Virus record (IMG/VR): IMGVR_UViG_3300025723_000143
Span: 1 to 26,847 of that record
DNA length: 26,847 nucleotides
From: a virus
Taxonomy: Duplodnaviria; Caudoviricetes
Direction: 5' to 3' (one strand)
Positions 1-9,561 of this stretch are shown piece by piece. The notes under the pieces are model-generated. The model was not told where the DNA came from. It made no database searches and worked only from the letters and a program-made list of their open reading frames with translations. Position numbers and translations under genes: made by a program. Every line of letters starts with the position of its first letter. Positions within the stretch are counted from its first letter, which is position 1.

Positions 1-228
1 TTATTTCCCCACATTGTTGTTAGGCATCCCCATTTGGGGTTGTCCTGAAGTTGCTGAATTTGTCGTATTTCCCTTGCCCATTGGCAAATTAGGAGTCGAA
101 CTTGTAGGGGTGCTAGAAGAATTAGCACCAATGGTAGGATACTGTGGCAGCGTAGTCGGTTGAGGATTCTGAGATGTTCCCAAGGGAGGGTTCATCTGGT
201 TGCTCATATTCTGCATCGTTGTGCCCAT
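1..228 (-). CDS. Hypothetical low-complexity (P/T/S/N/Q/M-rich) protein, probably disordered
   Basis: 75-aa ORF, ATG preceded by AAGGGAA, TAA at 1-3, co-directional with the tail operon; no recognisable motif. Confidence 0.6.
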   Translation of the reverse strand: MGTTMQNMSNQMNPPLGTSQNPQPTTLPQYPTIGANSSSTPTSSTPNLPMGKGNTTNSATSGQPQMGMPNNNVGK

Positions 229-248
229 ATCGTTCCCTTTCTAGAATT

Positions 249-536
249 TTAACTAGATTTTGTGGTATTTGCTAATCTTTGTTTATCAACATAATGCCAC
301 AAGTCATCGTTTCTATATGTTCCTGTTGGCTTGTCGGGTGCCCAAGAAGTGGGCGCTCCATTCAATTCTTTGTAATCATCCCCGTTTACTGTGAAATTCT
401 CGAACTGTTGGCCCATAATGAACTCACCCGTGTCATCAGTTTTGCCCACAAGAAAATTTACACATGTGCCTGGAATCTCATTTATTGATCCAATGGCTTC
501 AAAAATTGTCGATGCAGGTATATTGACTGTTCTCAT
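249..536 (-). CDS. Small tail-associated hypothetical protein
   Basis: ATG at 536 overlaps the stop of the upstream fibre gene (TAATG), so 536 is preferred over the ORF-track start 548; 95 aa; function inferred from position only. Confidence 0.7.
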   Translation of the reverse strand: MRTVNIPASTIFEAIGSINEIPGTCVNFLVGKTDDTGEFIMGQQFENFTVNGDDYKELNGAPTSWAPDKPTGTYRNDDLWHYVDKQRLANTTKSS

Positions 537-2272
537 TATGTTGCCCAAGCTGGTATTTGATAAGATGTTCCACCAATGTAAACTTCAATCCAAGTATTAG
601 ATGCTCCAGATGTTGGACCAGGTTTATTTGTTCCTGGAAAGGTCGCTATACTTCCTCCCGTAGCAGGACCCGTATAGAAATAAATATCCCCAGAACCAGA
701 GCCTTGGCGTTTCAAGTAATAAGTGTATTGGGAATATAAATTGGTAACCAAAGTATTGTTGCTAGTGGTCATTGTTCCACCACTAATGTTAAAAGCAGCT
801 CCTGCTCCACTTGAATAGGCTTGCAAGGCAGCGCTACTTCCAGATGTTTGAAACACCCCGCCATAAGCCTGTGAACTTGCTTGGCCTAAAACACCAGCCT
901 GAAGAACGCCATTTGCGTAGCCAATCACACCGCCATTTGCGTTGTAACTTGCATTTGCTACTACGGCATAGGTTGAACCAGAAGAACTGTAAGCGCCATT
1001 GAATAAAGCATTACCTGTGATGTTAATGTTGGCACCACCAGAGATATTCCCTGTAAAACTACCCGTAGCACCGCTTAAATCACCCCTGAATATTCCATTG
1101 TTGAAGTAAACGTTACCAGTACTTCTTTGAATATAGTATCCTGTAGTTCCATAGGTTCCAGAACTTCCATATGTCGGAGGTGTACTTCCATTCCAATTGT
1201 CAGATTCAATGTCTTGAAATATGGATGCAGCAGTAGGTGTTCCCCATTGAGTTTGCCCAGCAGGTACACCATTGATTGTTCCAGCGCTACTGTTATATTG
1301 TCCAAAAGTATAATAGAGCACAGACCCAACAGAAACCGAAGGAGCCGTCAAAGACCATCCAGTCGGAGCCGTGGCACCCGAAGTGTTAGAGGGCGTAGAT
1401 GGGGCAGCTGTCGATTGAGACTGGCTCTTGTAAGCAGTAAGAGCACTTAAACCATTACCGCCTGATCCTGAATAACCACTAAACCCGCTTAATCCGCTGA
1501 AGCCACTTAACCCGCTATTTCCACTAAAACCACTCTTACCACTTGCTCCACTTGTTCCAGATACACCATTTTGTGAAACCTGAACAATTGGGTATCCAGT
1601 ATTGGTCCAATCAAGCGTTGAAGTTACTGTGTTGGCAAGTACAGACAAAGGGATATAAATGGCCCATAATGTGTCCCCTGGCGTTGTGTCCGATGGGATC
1701 GAACTACTCCATCCAGAAGGCGGGCTAAATGAATTCAAAACCCATGTATAGGTTGAGGTCGTAGAAGGTCTTGCTGGAGCCGATCCAGTAGTCCATTTGT
1801 AAATAGCAGGTAAAGCCGCCATCAAAGCGTTTGTTCCTGTTATTACGTCCAAGTCAATGGCAGCGCCTGAATCAACCACAAAAGACAATCCAGGTGAGGT
1901 GGCAGACGCTATAAGGCTGATTTGCCGTCCACCTGAAGTTGCATACCAAATTGATTTGGTGCTCCCAAAACCACCCGTTACAACCGTCCAAACATAGTCA
2001 GCTGGGTTGGTAGACTCAGTAGAACTGTTGTTATTTCTGCTACCGTAGTAAGTAGCACCCGTGGGTGAATCAGAAAACCCTACCGAACCATCGTAACTCT
2101 GAGCGTATTTGATATACAAATACTTGTACAAGTATCCAATATTACCCGTTGGGCCAGCAACAATTCCAGTTGTAGCATCGATAGAAACGTTCGAGCCAAA
2201 GTTACTCAATAAGTAATTTACAGCGTCAGAAAGCTCCTGAACGGTTGGATTGGAACTTATTGAAAACGGCAT
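536..2272 (-). CDS. Tail fibre/spike-like protein with short Gly-X-Ser repeat
   Basis: 578 aa, G/S/T-rich; 'YLYIKYA..DGS.GFS' and 'NPADYVW' motifs typical of phage tail proteins; GxS tract; small-residue beta-helix-like C-terminal half; TAATG-coupled to the nozzle gene. Confidence 0.75.
   Translation of the reverse strand: MPFSISSNPTVQELSDAVNYLLSNFGSNVSIDATTGIVAGPTGNIGYLYKYLYIKYAQSYDGSVGFSDSPTGATYYGSRNNNSSTESTNPADYVWTVVTGGFGSTKSIWYATSGGRQISLIASATSPGLSFVVDSGAAIDLDVITGTNALMAALPAIYKWTTGSAPARPSTTSTYTWVLNSFSPPSGWSSSIPSDTTPGDTLWAIYIPLSVLANTVTSTLDWTNTGYPIVQVSQNGVSGTSGASGKSGFSGNSGLSGFSGLSGFSGYSGSGGNGLSALTAYKSQSQSTAAPSTPSNTSGATAPTGWSLTAPSVSVGSVLYYTFGQYNSSAGTINGVPAGQTQWGTPTAASIFQDIESDNWNGSTPPTYGSSGTYGTTGYYIQRSTGNVYFNNGIFRGDLSGATGSFTGNISGGANINITGNALFNGAYSSSGSTYAVVANASYNANGGVIGYANGVLQAGVLGQASSQAYGGVFQTSGSSAALQAYSSGAGAAFNISGGTMTTSNNTLVTNLYSQYTYYLKRQGSGSGDIYFYTGPATGGSIATFPGTNKPGPTSGASNTWIEVYIGGTSYQIPAWAT
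1457..1567 (-). repeat. Coding (Gly-X-Ser)n repeat, copy in distal fibre
   Basis: Translates as GVSGTSGASGKSGFSGNSGLSGFSGLSGFSGYSGSGG. Confidence 0.9.
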
Positions 2273-3906
2273 TAGAACGCATCCTCAGTAATCATACCTT
2301 GCCAATTCATGGCTGACACTTGCCAAGTATCTGTAGCATCATTAGAGCCAAATTTAAGGGCTACAGTTCGCACATTGTTCTGTTGAGTAGTTACCCAAGG
2401 CGTGTCGGTAGAAATCGATACAACGCCTGTTTGGCCGTATACAGGGGTTTGTGCAGTTGAGTTAGCACCGCCAACAGTAATGTTGACCGTTCCTGTGCCT
2501 GACATTTCTGGAAGTAAACGATGGATATAAACCTTAGATGAATAAGGAATAGGGCCATCAGGTGTTGATAAAGCAATATTAGTTCTCTCGAAATAGCAAT
2601 TGATAGTATTACCGCAGAAACCATTGGTAACTGAGGTTTGAATGATTTGGCTTCCTGATATGCTTCCTTGGGCGTATACAACGGTTCTAGAAGCTAAAGC
2701 AAAGGTGGTGTTAAAGACTGGGGCTTCAACGCCATGTGCAGCGTTTTGAACGTCTTTAGGGGCATTCCAAACCTGTAGATCGTAGCGATAAGAAATCATC
2801 TTATTGCACCAACCAGTTGAATTTAGATCAGGATAGTAGATTTCAATCTGGTACTTTTGAGTGTTGTTAATCATAAAAAGACGATTAACATACGTTTTGT
2901 TCAGATTACTGAAAAAGTAATTCTTGATAACTTGGTTGCCAATTCCCGAGAAATTAGACCCATCGAACTGCCAAATGTCCCTAGCATCAATTCCATAAAC
3001 CATCGAATCAGTATTGGTCCAGCAGTTCTCATTAATCAACCCACGCCCTTGGTTAAAGAGTCGAACACCGAATATAGGTGCTGTTGAATTCTGGTAATTA
3101 ATAGGTGAAAGAACAACGGTATCCCAATAAGAGCAAATATAAAAACTACCGCCAAGGAAAAACCCGTCAATGATCGGACCCCGAACAGGTATTTCTTGTT
3201 CATTAGCAATGTTGTTTAGGGTGGGATTCCATGTCTTTGGCACGGTTGTATTGGCAAAAGCCTGTGACCAACGAATGGTAGTCGGGTAATTAATGGTAAA
3301 CCCAGTTGAATAGGATTTGGTCAGATTACCTGCTATTAGGATATTTCCCACGTTAGGAGAACAATAATTCCTGACAAACCCAGCAGTAACCGAAGTTACT
3401 CCCACTACTGACTCATAGTTCCAGACGTAGCTGTCAGGCGTTGAGTCATAGATTGCTATTTCAGTCTGAGGAGAACCTGAAGCCAGATAGTTTCCAAAGT
3501 ACATGGGCGGTCTTAAGCCGTCATTGATAATGAAAACCTGACCCACCCAAGAAGAAGTAATGACGATATCGTCTGTATAGCCAGACAAGGCAACAGAAGG
3601 GTTAGCACCCACTCCAGGCGTAATATTGGAGATACCAGACGCGGTCACCATGTACCACTTGCCTTCTCTGGTTGCTACGATATTGACCCATTGAGTTTGG
3701 GTGCGGTAGCCAGCATCGATGAAAACAACGTTGCCTGGGATGGAGGATAGGATATATTGCTCTCCAAGAACCTTCTTAACGCCCCTTACATCGGTTTCCA
3801 CGTTCAAGCCTGAGTTGTACTCATTTGGTGCCAAAGCATTACTAGGCACATCTGGAGTGAAACTCATGTTTGAAAATGGTGTACGAAGCGGTAGATAGTC
3901 GCTCAT
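2272..3906 (-). CDS. Podovirus tail nozzle / DNA-stabilisation protein (P22 gp10 / tail tubular protein B-like)
   Basis: 544 aa, beta-strand-rich propeller-like pattern ('TIRWSQ', 'GRGLINENC', 'IWQFDG', 'EIYYP', 'YRYDLQVW'); size and position in the tail module. Confidence 0.7.
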   Translation of the reverse strand: MSDYLPLRTPFSNMSFTPDVPSNALAPNEYNSGLNVETDVRGVKKVLGEQYILSSIPGNVVFIDAGYRTQTQWVNIVATREGKWYMVTASGISNITPGVGANPSVALSGYTDDIVITSSWVGQVFIINDGLRPPMYFGNYLASGSPQTEIAIYDSTPDSYVWNYESVVGVTSVTAGFVRNYCSPNVGNILIAGNLTKSYSTGFTINYPTTIRWSQAFANTTVPKTWNPTLNNIANEQEIPVRGPIIDGFFLGGSFYICSYWDTVVLSPINYQNSTAPIFGVRLFNQGRGLINENCWTNTDSMVYGIDARDIWQFDGSNFSGIGNQVIKNYFFSNLNKTYVNRLFMINNTQKYQIEIYYPDLNSTGWCNKMISYRYDLQVWNAPKDVQNAAHGVEAPVFNTTFALASRTVVYAQGSISGSQIIQTSVTNGFCGNTINCYFERTNIALSTPDGPIPYSSKVYIHRLLPEMSGTGTVNITVGGANSTAQTPVYGQTGVVSISTDTPWVTTQQNNVRTVALKFGSNDATDTWQVSAMNWQGMITEDAF

Positions 3907-3944
3907 GGATGTTAACTTTAAGTTATATAGTTAGTGATTTTAAT

Positions 3945-4388
3945 TTAGTTCTTAAATAATTCCAATGCTTTTATTACCTCATTTGGTTCGATAAAGGCAT
4001 CTATATTGTATTCTTGCTCTTCCCAAATAATAAATTGGAAGGGGCTTAGATAATCCCTACTCTTGAGGAGATTGATGTTTTCCTTATGGCCAAAGATTTT
4101 AGGGTCTGATCTCGAGAATATTGCTATTCCTTTCTTGCCCTCTCTCCACGCCAAGTGCTGAAAGAAGCTGTCGCAAGATAACCATGTTCGGCATTCTTTC
4201 AACAGTTCCCTAAGTTCATCAAAACTCAGGTTTTCTCTAAAGTCTTCACAAATCTGCTTTTCACCAGTAACCCCAATTTGAATCACGGGTTCTGATATGC
4301 TTTTTAGGACTTCTTCCCAATAAGGGTAATTCTTAGGATTGGGCTTGCCGTTGCGTAAAGCTTTGCTATAGGGGCTAAGAATAATCAT
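3945..4388 (-). CDS. Glycosyltransferase family 9-like, C-terminal (donor-binding) domain only
   Basis: 'IILSP..K.YPYW', 'IQIG', 'CDSFFQHLA' (cf. DSGxxHxA of heptosyltransferases) and 'GKKGIAIF...P..FG'; 147 aa; ATGA overlap with the upstream gene. Confidence 0.75.
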   Translation of the reverse strand: MIILSPYSKALRNGKPNPKNYPYWEEVLKSISEPVIQIGVTGEKQICEDFRENLSFDELRELLKECRTWLSCDSFFQHLAWREGKKGIAIFSRSDPKIFGHKENINLLKSRDYLSPFQFIIWEEQEYNIDAFIEPNEVIKALELFKN

Positions 4389-5356
4389 AAGTACATCTTT
4401 CTAAAAGCATCTTCCAAAGTGCCTTTCCAATCCCATTGAGACATCTTTAAATAAATATTCCATTGGTCAATACTACCGAATCCCCTTTCAGCATGTTCTA
4501 TAGCATGGCCAGGGACAATGTCAGGATAGCAACTGAACACCAAAGGGTTCTTTATTTCAGGAAGTATTTTAGAAAACACAATGTGATCTCCTAGACCGCC
4601 GTTAAGAACAACAATCGTGTGATCCTTATATTGCATGAAGTTTTGGAATATCTGTTCATCATGGTCGTATAGGGAATTGTCAGTCTCACTTCTAATGCCG
4701 CCCTTGGGGTTCTTTAAATGCCATGTAATCGCATCAGGAACGACGTAGAGCTTCAATCCCTTCTGGTATAGCCCGTAACTAAACAAAGTCTCCTCACGGT
4801 GCGCTACCCTTGATAAACCAATGTTGTAGTCGTGTATACCAGCCCTATATACAAAGGAGCAATGTAAGTGTTGAACTTCTTTTTCCTTTTGGATGTAATT
4901 CCATTGAATATTGGGTTCTTTAGAAATATCAGTTATTTTGCCCGTGCAAGGGTAGATTTGTGGTTGCAAAGGAGGAGTCAGGATTGATCCACCCACAGCC
5001 CCAGCATCTTTGCGTATGGCATAACTCAACAAAGTTCTGAGGACGTTAGGCTCTGGGATGCAGTCATCATCCATTCTCCAGACCCACTTGTAGCCCATTA
5101 TGTTGGCAGTCTGGTGATTCCAATGGGGTCCTGATTTCTGAGCAAAAACCCATTCCCATTGGATGTTCTTTAAGTCCATCATTTGGAACAAGTTTTTATA
5201 GATCAATTCTTCCCGAACGTCTCTAGGCTCATCATTGTCATCAAAGATAACCACCTTGTCTGGTTTCTTGGTTTGGTTAATGATGGCTGCCAAAGCAAGG
5301 GGTAGGGTTGTATCGTATCGGCCCCTAGTACCAATTGAGCAAAGTACACTATTCAT
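4385..5356 (-). CDS. Glycosyltransferase family 2 (GT-A) fused to a short GT9-like N-terminal segment
   Basis: 'VVIFDD', 'WRMDDDCIPEP' (DxD), 'HREET', 'ITWH'; C-terminal 'IVVLNGGLGDHIV'. ATG at 5356 overlapping the FkbM stop is preferred to GTG at 5377. Confidence 0.85.
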   Translation of the reverse strand: MNSVLCSIGTRGRYDTTLPLALAAIINQTKKPDKVVIFDDNDEPRDVREELIYKNLFQMMDLKNIQWEWVFAQKSGPHWNHQTANIMGYKWVWRMDDDCIPEPNVLRTLLSYAIRKDAGAVGGSILTPPLQPQIYPCTGKITDISKEPNIQWNYIQKEKEVQHLHCSFVYRAGIHDYNIGLSRVAHREETLFSYGLYQKGLKLYVVPDAITWHLKNPKGGIRSETDNSLYDHDEQIFQNFMQYKDHTIVVLNGGLGDHIVFSKILPEIKNPLVFSCYPDIVPGHAIEHAERGFGSIDQWNIYLKMSQWDWKGTLEDAFRKMYL

Positions 5357-6053
5357 TTCTAATCCAAATTTCTTCACTTACTGGTAAATTACAAATATTG
5401 AAAGCATTGCCAAATTGGTCAACGCTCCACGATTTCAATTGATTTTGTTGGATAGGTTTGTATCCAAAAGAATACAGGGCTTTATGAATATGCCAGAAAC
5501 CTTTGAATGTCGGGTGAAGTTCTCCATGTATTTCAATGGCGATACTTGTAATGCGAGCCATATCTTTCGGATCGGCATTTAAAAGAATATCGTACTCACC
5601 GCCTTCGCAATCTATTTTAAGAAATATATTGTCGGTCGATAGTAAACTTAAGATATCTTTAAGATATATGGTTTTGACTTCTTCATAGTCTTTGCTTGGA
5701 CTATAGACACTATTGTGGCCACACTTGTCTTGTAAGCCAATCTTTACTGTTTCACCGCTAACATTTGAAACAATATTCTTGTGAACAAATATGTTGTGTA
5801 TGCCAGCTTGCTTAATGTTTTCTTCTAGTATTTCAACGGTAGAAGATACTGGTTCAATTGCTATTACTTTACTTGCGCCTAGTGTAGATGCAAGTATAGA
5901 AAACATGCCCATATTTGCACCGATGTCGATAAACTCTCGATCTTTGCAAATCTCAGGCGTTATAGCATAACTGTTATTAACAATGACTTCATGATAAAGT
6001 TCATTGGCTTCTTTACTTCTATATCCTAACCATTCCAATTTATCCATATTCAT
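5349..6053 (-). CDS. FkbM-family SAM-dependent methyltransferase
   Basis: 'FIDIGANMG', 'VIAIEP', 'LKIDCEGGE', 'IAIEIH' motifs; ATG at 6053 (ORF track uses TTG 6059). Confidence 0.9.
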   Translation of the reverse strand: MNMDKLEWLGYRSKEANELYHEVIVNNSYAITPEICKDREFIDIGANMGMFSILASTLGASKVIAIEPVSSTVEILEENIKQAGIHNIFVHKNIVSNVSGETVKIGLQDKCGHNSVYSPSKDYEEVKTIYLKDILSLLSTDNIFLKIDCEGGEYDILLNADPKDMARITSIAIEIHGELHPTFKGFWHIHKALYSFGYKPIQQNQLKSWSVDQFGNAFNICNLPVSEEIWIRNE

Positions 6054-6071
6054 TTCCAATTCAATTTAAAT

Positions 6072-6596
6072 TTAGGGAGTTGTTGGCTCCACGGGTGCTA
6101 CATAATTAGGATCATGAGGCCAAGTTACTGTACTGGCAGTAATTAGCGTGTCTATATCTGTGCTTGCTGTAATAGCCGTCTTTGCATTGGCAGCCGTTGT
6201 CCTGACTGACTCTCTCCATGTTTTCCAGTTGGCTGGCATGGTTGTATTAGTTTCCAATGCCTTGATGGTCATGTAATCGCTTGGAGACAACAAAGAAAAG
6301 GCTTGCTGATCAATTGCTGATGTAGCATTAGATTTCAAGCCAGCCAAGTCTTTAGGCGTTGTTGTAAACCCAATGTCTACTACACCGCCGTTGATGACTG
6401 GCGCCGACTCTGTAACCCAATAGTATTTGTCATCGGGTCTTTCAGCAAATACCACATCCATAATACCAAGATTTGTTTTTTCTTCTTGGGTTGCTAGTTG
6501 ATACCAGTTGTCCGAATAGGTTGTGCCGTTGACTGTAAACTGAGTGCCAGGTTGCACCAGTTGCTCAATTGTGTTGTTTTGAACGATTGCAAACAT
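6072..6596 (-). CDS. Tail fibre assembly/chaperone-like protein
   Basis: AAGGAG RBS; 174 aa; C-terminal 'LL..SDY...K......W..WR..VR...WP' pattern of fibre-assembly proteins; directly follows the lectin fibre gene. Confidence 0.65.
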   Translation of the reverse strand: MFAIVQNNTIEQLVQPGTQFTVNGTTYSDNWYQLATQEEKTNLGIMDVVFAERPDDKYYWVTESAPVINGGVVDIGFTTTPKDLAGLKSNATSAIDQQAFSLLSPSDYMTIKALETNTTMPANWKTWRESVRTTAANAKTAITASTDIDTLITASTVTWPHDPNYVAPVEPTTP

Positions 6597-6605
6597 TATT
6601 GCTCC

Positions 6606-8936
6606 TTAGAATGCGTTGGCATATTTAAATGGGTTAGATGCAAATGCGGCATAAATATAATTTCCTGTGCTTACATTGACCACAGTAGCACTCACACATT
6701 GAAATCCATTAGATAAAATATTAACTGAACTTGCGGATGTTTCAGCCGCACCCGAGTCTGCTAACAAAGTGTTTGTAACTGTGTTAAATGTATTTCTTAC
6801 ACTATCCCAAATATACCAATCACTTGTTGAATCTGTACGTTTAATTAGCAAATATTTAGGTTGAAATCCTAAATATACAAATGGCCCTGTTGCACTACCA
6901 TTACCTGTATAACTGCCAAATGCGCTAAATCCAGCAACGGTGGCAAAGCAATAAGCAATCATTGCATTGCTAGAACCATTTGTTCTATTGTCTGTACCAA
7001 CTGAAAAAACTGAACTTGTAGGGTCATTAGGCCAAAAAGAAGAAAATGTAGCAGCAGCTCCAGATGAATTTAAAAACAAATAAGAATTAGTCGATAATTG
7101 ATTTGTTTTTACAGGCCAATCTGTTGAAGCTGTAGTTCTATTTTTAAAAATAAGTAAAGCAGGTATTGCACCTAAACCATGTCCAACAGTAGCATTGGCG
7201 CCTGTACCCGTATATTTAACAATACTAAAACCAGCAGTTGTATTTGCGCTTACTGTTGATGTAATAGAACCATTTGTATTTGATACGTTAGAACCTTGAC
7301 CCGCTTGCCATTGCCATGCAACAAACGAATTACCGCTACTATTAAAAATACCTCCACCTAACGCCAGGCTAAAACCATTTGAATTAAATGATGTGAAATA
7401 TGTAGGATAGCTAACTTCTGCAACATTAGTATTTGGAAATAATGTTTGTCCCGCGCCACGGTCAGAATCATTTAATGAATGATCATTTGTTGTATTTCTA
7501 TTTTTTATCCAAACCATATCTGGTCTAAAACTTCCAGCATTTGTAACTGTTTGAACGCCACCATTACCAGTATATAAAGTAGCATCCATATACAAATTAC
7601 CTTGTGCTATGGTAGGCGTGGGTAGGTTATATGTGTTGAGTGCTACATATCCTGATGGGGGGATATATTTAAATGCTTGTTGACCAAAATTAAAAGATTG
7701 CGTTGATGTGCCGCCTGGGTTTTGCAAACTTGGAAAATATGTACCAGATAAACTAGAAAAAGCTGTTCCTTGACTTGTTCCATTTTTGTAAAAAGTTAAA
7801 GTCCCCCCATCCATATCCAATGCTACACCAATTACATCTCCATTAGTGTATGTGGCTCCATAAGTAGCACCTGCACTATTAGTATACTTATTACCATTGG
7901 AAGCAAAATATCCAAAACCATTAACTGTTTGCCAATCAGTAATAGGAAAAACATTTTTGGAAATACCAATCATGTACGATACTCCACCAGTATTACAAGT
8001 GACCTCCCAATACCATTTACCCGATGAAACTCCTATTGTTGCATAAGCAATACCAGAATTGACTGTCATGCTTGCATCAAGATTTCCGTTGGATAAACTA
8101 GGAAGAGTAGATGTACTATATAAATTATTAGGATTCAACACACAATAATTACTAGCTGTTGCACTTGTCAACGTAGGCACATCATTCATACTGTCGTATG
8201 TATTGCCAGCGGTTAGACTAATATTATTGGTTGTCCAATTATTACTATTACCAGATGTATCGTAACCTAGTGTGGTTGTGGATGTTGTATTGGTAAATGT
8301 TAAATGAAAGCCATTAGTACCATATGTGCCTGTATATTTTATAGGCTGCCATACTCCACCAGTTCCACTAAATGATCCAAATGAAGATGGTGTTAATGTT
8401 TGACCATCAATAAAATAAAAATCAGTTAAATAACCATCAAAATCATTTGTACTTCCATTATTGCCAATATATCCCGTACCAGATGTTCCCCAAGCATTTT
8501 GGCTAGTTGTAACAGACGATCTATTGTCAACAGTAAATGATGAAACTTGTACGCCATTTATATAAAGAATTGCTCGATTTGATGCGGTTGCATTTCCAGA
8601 ATCCCATACTAAAACAATATGATACCAAGCAGATGTATCTCGAAAAACTTGTGTAGTATTTATATAAAGTGTATTTGAAAATGTCCACGCAAAAGTATCA
8701 TCAGCATTAAATTGAATGCCATAATTTGCAGAAGTACTTACAGTTTGGGATGTTAAAAGTGGCACATAACCTAATATTCCTCTTTTAAACCAAAAAGATT
8801 TTGTCCATTTGCTTGAGTTTGTTGCTGAACCGCCAAATGTTTTATTTAAATAAGCATTGGCACTTTTTCTTAATCTTAAAGACTTAGTAAGAAGAACTCC
8901 ACCACTTGGGGCTGATGTTTTACGACTGCTAAACAT
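6606..8936 (-). CDS. Receptor-binding/fibre protein with ConA-like (LamG) and SPRY domains
   Basis: 'WYHIVLVWD..LYINGVQ..FDGYLTDFYFIDG' (LamG-like); 'SSGKWYWEV', 'GDVIGVALDMD.G.L.FYKNG', 'NFGQ' (SPRY); C-terminal 'YTGNG' repeat region. ATG at 8936 overlaps the HNH stop. Confidence 0.85.
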   Translation of the reverse strand: MFSSRKTSAPSGGVLLTKSLRLRKSANAYLNKTFGGSATNSSKWTKSFWFKRGILGYVPLLTSQTVSTSANYGIQFNADDTFAWTFSNTLYINTTQVFRDTSAWYHIVLVWDSGNATASNRAILYINGVQVSSFTVDNRSSVTTSQNAWGTSGTGYIGNNGSTNDFDGYLTDFYFIDGQTLTPSSFGSFSGTGGVWQPIKYTGTYGTNGFHLTFTNTTSTTTLGYDTSGNSNNWTTNNISLTAGNTYDSMNDVPTLTSATASNYCVLNPNNLYSTSTLPSLSNGNLDASMTVNSGIAYATIGVSSGKWYWEVTCNTGGVSYMIGISKNVFPITDWQTVNGFGYFASNGNKYTNSAGATYGATYTNGDVIGVALDMDGGTLTFYKNGTSQGTAFSSLSGTYFPSLQNPGGTSTQSFNFGQQAFKYIPPSGYVALNTYNLPTPTIAQGNLYMDATLYTGNGGVQTVTNAGSFRPDMVWIKNRNTTNDHSLNDSDRGAGQTLFPNTNVAEVSYPTYFTSFNSNGFSLALGGGIFNSSGNSFVAWQWQAGQGSNVSNTNGSITSTVSANTTAGFSIVKYTGTGANATVGHGLGAIPALLIFKNRTTASTDWPVKTNQLSTNSYLFLNSSGAAATFSSFWPNDPTSSVFSVGTDNRTNGSSNAMIAYCFATVAGFSAFGSYTGNGSATGPFVYLGFQPKYLLIKRTDSTSDWYIWDSVRNTFNTVTNTLLADSGAAETSASSVNILSNGFQCVSATVVNVSTGNYIYAAFASNPFKYANAF

Positions 8937-9561
8937 ATGAATGCACCCTGTAATCAATGTTGAGTAAAGCGTAAGGCATGGGCATTCCTGATACTAGTCG
9001 TTTTCTTAACAAGGTTTGTGGCATTCCAGAAATTCTTGACCATTCAGCAATAGTATGAATTTCGTCTCCATATTCATATTTTGCATTAGTTGATTTGTTG
9101 TTGGCCTGTTCAATATGCGTAGACCATTTGCAATTCATAGGTTCATAATTGCCATCGTAGTCTATTCTGTCAATTGAAAAACCTTCTGGCTTAGAACCCA
9201 TGTCAGCATAAAAATTAGCAAATGAATCTTTCCATCTTTCACAAACAGTTATTCCTCGACCACCATATCTAGAATAATCAGTGCTTTTTGGATCAAAACA
9301 TCTTTTCTTCATGGCACTCCAAATGCTATGTTCTGTTGACTCAGACATGCCATGTGTTGTTGATTTTTTAATCATAATTTCTGATTTATAACAACCACAA
9401 GAAGTCGTAGCCATTGTGTTTAATGCGCCACTTTGTACAGGCTTAACTTTTCCACAGTCACACAAGCAAAGCCACATGGTTTGTTTGCCTTTATTAGCCA
9501 CACGACTAAGCACAAGCAAACGCCCAAAACGCTTTGATGTTAAATCTTTAAATGCACTCAT
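8929..9561 (-). CDS. Free-standing HNH-type (homing) endonuclease of the 'YGGRGI' phage family
   Basis: 'RFGRLLV', 'WLCLCDCG', 'SCGC', 'MKKRC', 'YGGRGITVC..W', 'SIDRID..GNYEP.NC.W.T..EQ.NN'. Confidence 0.85.
   Translation of the reverse strand: MSAFKDLTSKRFGRLLVLSRVANKGKQTMWLCLCDCGKVKPVQSGALNTMATTSCGCYKSEIMIKKSTTHGMSESTEHSIWSAMKKRCFDPKSTDYSRYGGRGITVCERWKDSFANFYADMGSKPEGFSIDRIDYDGNYEPMNCKWSTHIEQANNKSTNAKYEYGDEIHTIAEWSRISGMPQTLLRKRLVSGMPMPYALLNIDYRVHSYV

Noticed and set aside
8929-9561. Group I intron or intein carrying the HNH endonuclease
   Set aside because: The ORF overlaps both neighbours, leaving no room for a ribozyme core, and both flanking genes have their own plausible start and stop.
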